45,793 nt of DNA from Boseongicola sp. (lineage in GTDB: Bacteria; Pseudomonadota; Alphaproteobacteria; Rhodobacterales; Rhodobacteraceae). The notes under the pieces were generated by a model, which worked only from the letters and a program-made list of their open reading frames with translations, searched no databases and was not told the DNA's origin. How positions within the stretch are numbered: position 1 is the stretch's first letter; every line of letters begins with the position of its first letter. Shown here in pieces: positions 38,551-45,793 of this stretch. The translations under genes were made by a program, and so were the position numbers. The stretch lies in assembly GCA_013042105.1 (NCBI GenBank), contig JABDQU010000122.1:1-45793 (forward strand). Reading direction: 5' to 3'.

Positions 38551-39790
38551 CGATCTGCTCTGTTATCAACAGATCATTGACGGCAATCTCCCCCGAAAGG
38601 ATCTGTGTGACTTTGCCGTCGGTAGCCCCTGCGACGACGTTTACCTCGCGCGGCGCGCCGTCCTCAAGGACCCAGACCGTGCCGCTATCCGCCCTTGCAT
38701 GACCGCCTGCAGGCGCATCCGGAATCAGCATCCCCAAAAGCCCACTGCGTTCCTCGCGCTCGGGCGCTTCGTCCACAATCACAAGCGGCGCATAGCGAAG
38801 CGCTGCGTTCGGAACGACCAAAGCCTCTCGAATTTCATCCACCGTAATATCAGCCGTCGCCGTCATCCCCGGACGCAGCAGAAGATCGGAATTGTCTATC
38901 TTTAGAATACCCTTGTAGGTCACAATGCCATCGACCATTTCGGGCGCAAATCTCACCTGCACGATGGTCGCCGGAAACTGGCGATCATCATAGGCATCGA
39001 CCGTGAAAGTTGCCTGTTGACCGACTTCAATCTGACCAATGTCGGCCTCATCGATATCCAGCCTCAACTCCATCTGAGACAAGTCTTCCGCAACGGTGAA
39101 CAAAACTGGAGCCGACAAAGCGGACGCAACAATTTGCCCCGGATCCACCGCCCGGTTCAAAACAACCCCATCGACCGGCGAACAAATACAGGCCTTCGCC
39201 AGCTCTGCCTGCTGCAAGTCAAGACTGGCTTCTGCCAGAGACCGGTCCGCCTTCGCTGACTGTAATTCCGCCTGCGCGCGCAAAAACCTGGCTTCTCGCT
39301 CAATGAACACCTGATGCGGCGTCACCCCTCTTTCTTCGAGGCTCAACGTGGTCTCATACATTTCTCGTGCTTCATGCAACGAAGCTTCGGCCATAGCGAC
39401 CCGGGCTATCGCCGCATCAAGTGACGCTTTGCTGACCGCAAGTTGCGCCTCCAGCTTCGTGGTGTCCAATGATGCAAGAACCGTCCCGACAGTCACCTCA
39501 TCATTATAATCGACATGGACATCCGCCAGAGTGCCCGAAAGCTCACTTGATATCTCGACCAGATTGGTCGGCTCAACCGTTCCCGTCCCGGTTACAATCA
39601 CGTCAAAGTCAGAAATCACGGCAGGCGACGTCAGATAAACCGGTGCGTTTGAGCGTTGAAACGCCCCCATCGCAAACGCACCGCCCAAAATCACGATGCC
39701 AATCCCAGCACCAATGAATGCCCACCGGCGAAACCTGTGCGTCGGTCCATCAAGCGCAAGCGTTGCTGCAACATCGTCTTTGCTGTCCAT
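38543..39790 (-). CDS. MacA-like periplasmic adaptor (membrane fusion protein)
   Basis: N-terminal TM, TGTVEP, SPVDGVV, DEADIG, LRPGMTA. Confidence 0.92.
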   Translation of the reverse strand: MDSKDDVAATLALDGPTHRFRRWAFIGAGIGIVILGGAFAMGAFQRSNAPVYLTSPAVISDFDVIVTGTGTVEPTNLVEISSELSGTLADVHVDYNDEVTVGTVLASLDTTKLEAQLAVSKASLDAAIARVAMAEASLHEAREMYETTLSLEERGVTPHQVFIEREARFLRAQAELQSAKADRSLAEASLDLQQAELAKACICSPVDGVVLNRAVDPGQIVASALSAPVLFTVAEDLSQMELRLDIDEADIGQIEVGQQATFTVDAYDDRQFPATIVQVRFAPEMVDGIVTYKGILKIDNSDLLLRPGMTATADITVDEIREALVVPNAALRYAPLVIVDEAPEREERSGLLGMLIPDAPAGGHARADSGTVWVLEDGAPREVNVVAGATDGKVTQILSGEIAVNDLLITEQIDE

Positions 39791-39851
39791 GATGACCCCC
39801 TTTTTTGATATGGCTTTGGGGCAAAACTATTCGAGCTTAGAGATCCGATGA

Positions 39852-39865
39852 ATGATCCGGATCAA
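39852..39865. promoter_or_regulatory. FNR-type box upstream of the MacA-like gene
   Basis: ATGAT-CCGG-ATCAA (TTGATCCGGATCAT on the minus strand), centred about 68 bp upstream of the ATG. Confidence 0.7.
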
Positions 39866-39884
39866 GTCCCGACCACTTCTTGGA

Positions 39885-41663
39885 TCAGGGCGCGGACACA
39901 AGCGGCCAGAACCACGGCACCAAAAGCACCAGAATACTGATCAAAAACACCGTAAGCGGGCCACCCACCCGGATAAAATCGACAAACCGGTAACGCCCCG
40001 GCCCGTAAACGATCAAAAGCGCAGGCTCCAGCGGCGCGATGAACGACAGCGATGCCGCCAGAGTGACCAGAATGACAACGGGCCGCGGATCAATCTGAAG
40101 CAACTCGGCCGAAGACACCGCCACCGGCAACATCGTAAGAGCCGCCGCGGCATTTGACATCGGCTGCGTCAGGGCAACGGTCAGAAAGGCAAGCGCAAAC
40201 AGGCTCGGCATCAGACCGAAAGGCGCGATCCAGCCGACGAGACCCGCCGCCAAAGCGTCCGCCGCACCGGATTGATACATCGCCAGACCAAAGCCGATCA
40301 TACAGGCCACCATCACGAGAAGCCTCCAGTCGATCATGCGATAGGCTTCCTGAATGGGTGTGATCCCTGCAATCGCAAGGCAGACGATCACGGACAGCAA
40401 CGCAATCGAGAGCGGAAGGATGCCGAGGATCCCAAACACCACCGCAACAGCCAGCAATCCACTTGCCAACAATCCTTCGCGAAGTGTCGGTCGCGGCGGG
40501 CCAACCTCGGAAAGCCCCCATAAATCAGGGTGTCCCTTCAAAGCAGAGAGGTCATCGCTTGCGCCTTGAAGCAACAGAACATCCCCCGCCTGCAGCCTCA
40601 GATCATCCAACCGCGTGCCATAGGCGCGCCCACGCCGGTGAACCGCCAGAACAACCAGTCGAAACCGATGAAAGAAAGGCGATGATCCCAACCGACGCCC
40701 AACAAGTCGCGATCCGGGCATCACAACGGCCTCTCCCAGCCCCGTAAACTCGGCGCGCGGCAAGGCGACGTCCTGGCCAATGTCCGGCTCGATCACAAAC
40801 CGTTTGTCCTCGCGCGCGCGAAGCAATCCATCCAGCGTGCCTTTGACCAACATGCGATCCTGCGCCTGTATTTTGCGCAAATGATGTGCCGACAGGCGTT
40901 CTTGCCCCCGCAAAACATGCAACGGCGTCAGCTCAAGCCGGTTCAGCTCCAATTCGGTGATCTGGCAGCCGATAGCTTTGGAATCGTCGGGAAACACAAG
41001 TTCAGACAAGTAATCCCGCACCCCGTAGCCCTCGGTCAGATCGCGCTGGCGGCGCTCGGGTATCAGCATGGCCCCCGGTCCAAGCATGAACGCAATACCG
41101 CACACGGCCAGAATGGCCCCAATCCCCGAGAACTCCAGAAACCCATAAGGCTCCAACCCAAGCCCCGCGATCATGCCGCTCGCTGACAGGTTCGTTGACG
41201 TGCCGATAAGCGTCATCGTGCCGCCCATCATCGAGGCAAAGGCAAGCGGCATCAGCAACTTACTGGCGCTTGTGCCCGCCTGCTTGGCATAGGCAATCGC
41301 GGCAGGCGTCAGCACGGACGTGGTGCTTGTATTGCTGAAGACCGTCGAAAGCGCCGCAGAGATCGACATGATGATCGCCAGAGCAGCCGTGTCTTTGCCC
41401 TTCGCGCGGCGCAACACCAGACCCGCAATCGCCTCCGCAAGACCGGCGCGCGCAATCGTCCCCGCAATCACAAAGATCGCGGCCAGCATAATAACCGTTT
41501 CGCTGGCAAATCCCGAAAACGCATCAGCCGGGCTCAGGACACCCGCCGCCACCACCGCGATCAACATAGCAATCGCGACAAGATCAATCGCCACAACCTC
41601 AAACGCAATCAAGCCGATAGCTACGACAAGAACCGCCAATACAAAAATCGCTTCAAGCGTCAT
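39885..41663 (-). CDS. SLC13/DASS family permease with two TrkA-C domains
   Basis: FSNTS, GGTMTLIGTSTN, MSNAAAA, VYGPGRYRFVDF..VG, central soluble TrkA-C repeats. Confidence 0.9.
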   Translation of the reverse strand: MTLEAIFVLAVLVVAIGLIAFEVVAIDLVAIAMLIAVVAAGVLSPADAFSGFASETVIMLAAIFVIAGTIARAGLAEAIAGLVLRRAKGKDTAALAIIMSISAALSTVFSNTSTTSVLTPAAIAYAKQAGTSASKLLMPLAFASMMGGTMTLIGTSTNLSASGMIAGLGLEPYGFLEFSGIGAILAVCGIAFMLGPGAMLIPERRQRDLTEGYGVRDYLSELVFPDDSKAIGCQITELELNRLELTPLHVLRGQERLSAHHLRKIQAQDRMLVKGTLDGLLRAREDKRFVIEPDIGQDVALPRAEFTGLGEAVVMPGSRLVGRRLGSSPFFHRFRLVVLAVHRRGRAYGTRLDDLRLQAGDVLLLQGASDDLSALKGHPDLWGLSEVGPPRPTLREGLLASGLLAVAVVFGILGILPLSIALLSVIVCLAIAGITPIQEAYRMIDWRLLVMVACMIGFGLAMYQSGAADALAAGLVGWIAPFGLMPSLFALAFLTVALTQPMSNAAAALTMLPVAVSSAELLQIDPRPVVILVTLAASLSFIAPLEPALLIVYGPGRYRFVDFIRVGGPLTVFLISILVLLVPWFWPLVSAP

Positions 41664-41694
41664 AAGATCAAGGACCAGCGCCGCGCCAATATGC

Positions 41695-41946
41695 TCATCG
41701 AACCTGATCCATCAGCCGCGATATCGCCCCCGGATACAGCGTCTCGACCGCGTCGGCATCAAGGTCGCGTCCCTTGATATCAATAACCTCTACTTCGTCA
41801 CTCCAGGCAATCAGAACAACGCGCGGCTGCTTGCAAGACGAGACTTTGATAGAACGCGCAGCAGCATGCGCTGACGTTTGTGTCTCAACAATCGCCGCGA
41901 CAGCCACTTTTCCGACTCTCACCACAGGATCAAGCGACCACGTCAT
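41695..41946 (-). CDS. Hypothetical protein (83 aa)
   Basis: ATG at 41946 overlaps the upstream stop (ATGA). The ORF fills the gap within the operon. Confidence 0.6.
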   Translation of the reverse strand: MTWSLDPVVRVGKVAVAAIVETQTSAHAAARSIKVSSCKQPRVVLIAWSDEVEVIDIKGRDLDADAVETLYPGAISRLMDQVR

Positions 41947-42503
41947 CGCACAGGCCCGAATACAGTCCATCCAAATCTAAAAAGAGGCCCCAAAAGCGCC
42001 GCTGGAACCAGTGATAAATCCAGTTTGGCCTGCCCCTCCAACACAGCACGATCAAACACAGGCTCAACGTCAAATGACAGCTTCTGGCCTACGCCGGCAC
42101 CATAAATCACAGGCGCCATATAGCCGAACACCTCACCCGTCTCTGCCGGGTCTCCCAAACCAAACCGCATCTGAAGGGTCGCAGTTTCAATGCGCACACA
42201 CCGCAAAATATCCCCGACAAGCTTCGCACCCGCCTGCGCAAGACGATCTATTCGCATCTTGCCTAACCTTCGTCTGGCGTTTCTTTTACGGCGCTTTTCG
42301 GGCGGTTTGTCCGTCTTTCCCTTGCGACCAGAAAGCGGAAGGCGCGGCCCAAAGCGACCAAATGGCCGAAGGGCCGCACGAAACCGCCACCGGGTCCCCT
42401 TTTGCACGTCAATTTCAAGCCGAACCGGCATCGCAATCACAAGCAAGACCGCTCCAAGGCAAAGGCCAAGCCCCCAAAGCAGGACGGATATCGCGATGCT
42501 CAC
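41943..42503 (-). CDS. DUF2953/YtfI-like membrane-anchored protein
   Basis: N-terminal TM, basic linker, FGLGDPAETG..FG, EPVFD motif. Adjacent to the YtfJ-like gene. Confidence 0.7.
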   Translation of the reverse strand: MSIAISVLLWGLGLCLGAVLLVIAMPVRLEIDVQKGTRWRFRAALRPFGRFGPRLPLSGRKGKTDKPPEKRRKRNARRRLGKMRIDRLAQAGAKLVGDILRCVRIETATLQMRFGLGDPAETGEVFGYMAPVIYGAGVGQKLSFDVEPVFDRAVLEGQAKLDLSLVPAALLGPLFRFGWTVFGPVR

Positions 42504-42512
42504 AGCCCCGCC

Positions 42513-42872
42513 TCAGCTTTTGGAGGACGATTTCGCATCACGGCTCGCGGCCGCCTCAATCGCCTTGCCGGCGGTATTACCGAACACTTCGGCAAAGGTG
42601 GTCATCGCGCCTTGCACCGACTCCACCCGCGCGCCCTCGTCGTCAATGATGATCGCGCCCAAAGGCTTGATGCCACCACCAGCCCCGGTGCCCGCACCCT
42701 CACCCGACTTTGCATCACCGCCACCGCCCGCGCCGAAGCCAAAGCCATAACTGACAATCGGAATGACCGTTGCAGCCCCCTTTTCAATCGGATCGCCAAG
42801 AACATTCTTGGCATTCAGCAAGCGGTCCAGTTCCTCAACTGTGCCTTTCAAAAGGCGTTCCACGTTCTCCAT
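42513..42872 (-). CDS. GerW/YtfJ family protein
   Basis: VLGDPIE..ATVIPIVSYGFGFGAGGG...GTGAGGGIKPLGAIII. Confidence 0.85.
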   Translation of the reverse strand: MENVERLLKGTVEELDRLLNAKNVLGDPIEKGAATVIPIVSYGFGFGAGGGGDAKSGEGAGTGAGGGIKPLGAIIIDDEGARVESVQGAMTTFAEVFGNTAGKAIEAAASRDAKSSSKS

Positions 42873-42938
42873 TCTCAAACCCTTTCAGCAATCCAAAATT
42901 CACACGCCAAAAGCATGACACGACCGCAAACCGACCGG

Positions 42939-42952
42939 TTGATATCGCTCAA
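42939..42952. promoter_or_regulatory. FNR-type box for the gerW-like operon
   Basis: TTGAT-ATCG-CTCAA, one mismatch, centred about 73 bp upstream of ATG 42872. Confidence 0.68.
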
Positions 42953-43007
42953 TTCTAAAAGCTCTTCGCCCGCCCGGCCCCACAAACTGTCCCGAAGCCC
43001 ACGCCAA

Positions 43008-43021
43008 ATGATCTGAATCAA
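43008..43021. promoter_or_regulatory. FNR-type box for ppsA
   Basis: ATGAT-CTGA-ATCAA, one mismatch, centred about 62 bp upstream of ATG 43077. Confidence 0.68.
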
Positions 43022-43076
43022 TGTCAGACACCATCCGGTCGCCAGACTGGTCGAAATGACAAAAGGGGAAGCAAAA

Positions 43077-45452
43077 ATGGCGCAAACAGAAAAGCTCGTG
43101 ATCAATTTCACAGACGTCAAACGCACAGATGTCGGCCTTGTCGGCGGCAAAAACGCCTCGCTTGGCGAGATGATCAGCACGCTGGAACCAAAAGGCATCC
43201 TTGTTCCACCGGGGTTCGCGACGACCTCGGACGCCTTTCGCGCCTATCTCACCCACAACGATCTGAACACGGCCATGTCTAAAGAACTCGACGCGCTGGC
43301 GGCGGGCAAGATCACTCTGCAAACCGCGGGCGAACGCGTGCGCGCCCTGATCCTCGGTGGCGACTGGCCCAAGGACACCGCCGAGGCCATCCTGACGCAA
43401 TATCGCGCCTTGGGAGAGACCTCGAACGAAACCGATGTGCCCGTCGCCGTGCGCTCCAGTGCGACAGCCGAAGACCTGCCCGACGCAAGCTTCGCCGGTC
43501 AACAAGAGACGTTCTTGAACGTCATCGGCGAAACCGCACTCCTTGACGCTTGCAAGCGGTGTTACGCTTCGCTGTTCACCGACCGCGCCATCTCCTACCG
43601 CACAATCCAGGGCTTCGAGCACGATCAGGTCGCCCTGTCAGTCGGCGTTCAGCGCATGGTGCGCGCCGACACCGGTGGCTCTGGTGTGATGTTTTCTATC
43701 GACACTGAATCCGGCTTTCCCGACGCGGTGCTGATCAACGCAGCCTGGGGTCTGGGCGAAAACGTGGTGCAAGGGGCCGTCGACCCGGACGAATATCAGG
43801 TCTTCAAACCTTTCCTGAAGAACCCCGACCTGACCCCCATTCTCGAAAAGCGTCTGGGTGCCAAAGAAATCAAGATGATCCACGACCGCGATGGAACGCC
43901 GCGCAATGTGCCGACCTCCAAAGCAGAGCGAAAGCAATTTGTGCTGAGCGATGCCGAGATACTCTCACTCGCCCGTCAGGCCGCGACCATCGAAGACCAC
44001 TACGGCCAGCCGATGGACATGGAATGGGCCCGCGACGGCGTGACCGGTACGCTTTACATCGTGCAAGCGCGACCCGAAACCGTGCAATCCCGCCTCGATA
44101 TGGGAACGCTCAAAAGCTACGCGGTCGAAAACCCCGGACGTGAAATTCTCACCGGCCTCAGCGTCGGCAGCGCAGCCGTGGCGGGCCGTGTTTCGATCAT
44201 CGAAAGCGCCGGAGACATCGACCAATTTGTCGACGGCTCGGTCCTTGTTACCAGCACCACGGACCCCGACTGGGTCCCGATCATGAAGCGCGCCGCCGCC
44301 ATTGTCACCGACCACGGCGGGCGCACCTCACACGCCGCCATCGTTAGTCGCGAACTGGGCCTGCCCGCCATCGTCGGCTGCGGAAACGCCACCCATGTGC
44401 TGCACGATGAACAGGACGTCACGGTCTCTTGCGCAGGCGGCGAAGAAGGCGTCGTCACCGAAGGCCTGTCCGAAATTAAGGTCACCGAAGAAGCTTTGGA
44501 ACACCTGCCTCAAACGCGCACCAACGTCATGCTCAACCTTGCCAACCCAAGTGCGGCGCTCCGTTGGTGGCGCCTGCCCGTGGAAGGCGTCGGCCTTGCG
44601 CGCATGGAGTTTGTCGTGAACGGCGCAGTGCGCGTTCATCCAATGGCGCTTGCCCACCTTGATCGCGTCACCGACCCCGCCGCGCGCGAGGAAATCGAAA
44701 CCCTGACCGCTGGTTACGACAGCAAGCCCGAGTATTTCGTCGACAAACTCTCGCGCGGCCTCTCTCGGATCGCCGCCTTCTGCTATCCAAAGCCCGTGAT
44801 CGTGCGGATGAGCGACTTCAAAACCAACGAATACGCCGATCTTCTGGGCGGCAGAGACTTCGAACCCAAAGAAGAAAATCCGATGCTCGGCTTTCGCGGC
44901 GCGTCCCGGTATTACTCCGACAACTACCGTGACGGCTTCGCGCTCGAGTGTCAGGCAATCGCCCGGCTGCGCAACCAAATGGGCTTTGACAACGTCGTCA
45001 TGATGATCCCGTTCTGCCGCACCCCGGAGGAGGCCGACAAGGTCCTCGCGGTCATGGCAGACCACGGATTGAAACGCGGTCAGAACGGGCTGGAAGTCTA
45101 TGTCATGTGCGAAATCCCGGCCAACGTCATCCGCGCCGCTGAATTCGCCGAACGCTTTGACGGCTTTTCGATCGGTTCCAATGACCTGACACAGCTCACG
45201 CTTGGAATTGACCGCGATTCAGACGCCCTGGCACCCCTGTTCCGCGAAGACGATCCAGCCGTTTTGTCGATGATCGAAACCGTCATTCGCGAGGCGCATA
45301 AAGCAGGCTCAAAGGTCGGATTTTGCGGTCAGGCCCCCAGCAATGATCCGGACTATGCCAAGTATCTGGTCAAATACGGAATAGACTCGATTTCGGTCAC
45401 CCCCGACAGCTTCGTTCAGGTCCTCAGGAACGTGGAAAAAGCCGAGTCCTAA
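43077..45452 (+). CDS. ppsA: Phosphoenolpyruvate synthase
   Basis: VGGKNASLGE, AVRSSATAED, GGRTSHAAI phospho-His motif, EENPMLGFRG, SIGSNDLTQ, CGQAPS. Confidence 0.96.
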   Translation: MAQTEKLVINFTDVKRTDVGLVGGKNASLGEMISTLEPKGILVPPGFATTSDAFRAYLTHNDLNTAMSKELDALAAGKITLQTAGERVRALILGGDWPKDTAEAILTQYRALGETSNETDVPVAVRSSATAEDLPDASFAGQQETFLNVIGETALLDACKRCYASLFTDRAISYRTIQGFEHDQVALSVGVQRMVRADTGGSGVMFSIDTESGFPDAVLINAAWGLGENVVQGAVDPDEYQVFKPFLKNPDLTPILEKRLGAKEIKMIHDRDGTPRNVPTSKAERKQFVLSDAEILSLARQAATIEDHYGQPMDMEWARDGVTGTLYIVQARPETVQSRLDMGTLKSYAVENPGREILTGLSVGSAAVAGRVSIIESAGDIDQFVDGSVLVTSTTDPDWVPIMKRAAAIVTDHGGRTSHAAIVSRELGLPAIVGCGNATHVLHDEQDVTVSCAGGEEGVVTEGLSEIKVTEEALEHLPQTRTNVMLNLANPSAALRWWRLPVEGVGLARMEFVVNGAVRVHPMALAHLDRVTDPAAREEIETLTAGYDSKPEYFVDKLSRGLSRIAAFCYPKPVIVRMSDFKTNEYADLLGGRDFEPKEENPMLGFRGASRYYSDNYRDGFALECQAIARLRNQMGFDNVVMMIPFCRTPEEADKVLAVMADHGLKRGQNGLEVYVMCEIPANVIRAAEFAERFDGFSIGSNDLTQLTLGIDRDSDALAPLFREDDPAVLSMIETVIREAHKAGSKVGFCGQAPSNDPDYAKYLVKYGIDSISVTPDSFVQVLRNVEKAES

Positions 45453-45466
45453 ACACTCCGCAAGCC

Positions 45467-45793
45467 CTACTCTTTGACGTAGGGCTTGCCATCCGCCGCA
45501 GGCGCCCGCGCCCGGCCCACGACCCCCGCGACGACCACAATCGTCGCAATATAAGGCGCCATCGCCAAAAACTCAGACGGAATTGGCGTGCGCAACAACG
45601 CCAGCTTTTGTTGCAACGAGTCTGCAAATCCAAAGACCAAAGCCGCCAAAAGCGCGCCAACCGGATGCCAGCGCCCGAAGATCATCGCCGCAAGCCCGAT
45701 AAACCCGCGCCCGCCGGTCATGCCCTCATCAAACCGCCCGACCGAACCCAGCGTGAACCACGCCCCTCCGAACCCCGCGACCATGCCCGCCAC
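45467..45793 (-). CDS. ABC transporter permease (BMP/nucleoside-type), C-terminal part
   Basis: MTGGRGFIGLAAMIFGRWHP, PYIATIVV, APAADGKPY. Truncated by the window edge. Confidence 0.88.
   Translation of the reverse strand: MAGMVAGFGGAWFTLGSVGRFDEGMTGGRGFIGLAAMIFGRWHPVGALLAALVFGFADSLQQKLALLRTPIPSEFLAMAPYIATIVVVAGVVGRARAPAADGKPYVKE

Noticed and set aside
1-45793. Mobile elements, CRISPR arrays, tRNA/rRNA, defence systems
   Set aside because: No transposase, integrase, repeat-spacer array or structural RNA signature was recognised by eye. mazG here is the two-domain housekeeping type.

Overview
Chromosomal segment of a marine Rhodobacteraceae (Roseobacter-group-like) alphaproteobacterium, inferred from gene content. 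No rRNA, tRNA, CRISPR or mobile element was seen. It has three blocks. (1) 1-14.2 kb holds mostly core genes: prmC, prfA, speB, mazG, an orphan Fe3+-binding protein with an IscR/Iron-Rhodo-like operator, nucleoside hydrolase, GrpB, GNAT, selO, fur/mur, an ldtD-lpxD-ACP-KAS operon and mepK. (2) 14.3-27.1 kb holds catabolic genes: an FAD oxidoreductase, TauE, hydantoinase A/B, and an IclR-associated six-gene operon encoding a eukaryote-like cytoplasmic SELENBP1/methanethiol-oxidase homologue, a ferredoxin, a CoA-binding protein, an enoyl-CoA hydratase, an acyl-CoA ligase and a DmdA-like demethylase. (3) 27.1-45.5 kb is an apparent low-oxygen island with four similarly spaced FNR-type boxes. It includes an nqrABCDEF-apbE-nqrM-CBS-ppk2 operon whose NqrB lacks the covalent FMN loop, a divergent periplasmic pentaheme cytochrome c, MacAB plus TrxC, GerW/YtfJ-DUF2953-SLC13 and ppsA. 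The best candidates for undescribed systems are the FMN-less-NqrB NQR paired with the pentaheme cytochrome, and the SELENBP1/DmdA-like organosulfur operon. All family assignments come from motif recognition and recalled reference sequences, not from database searches.
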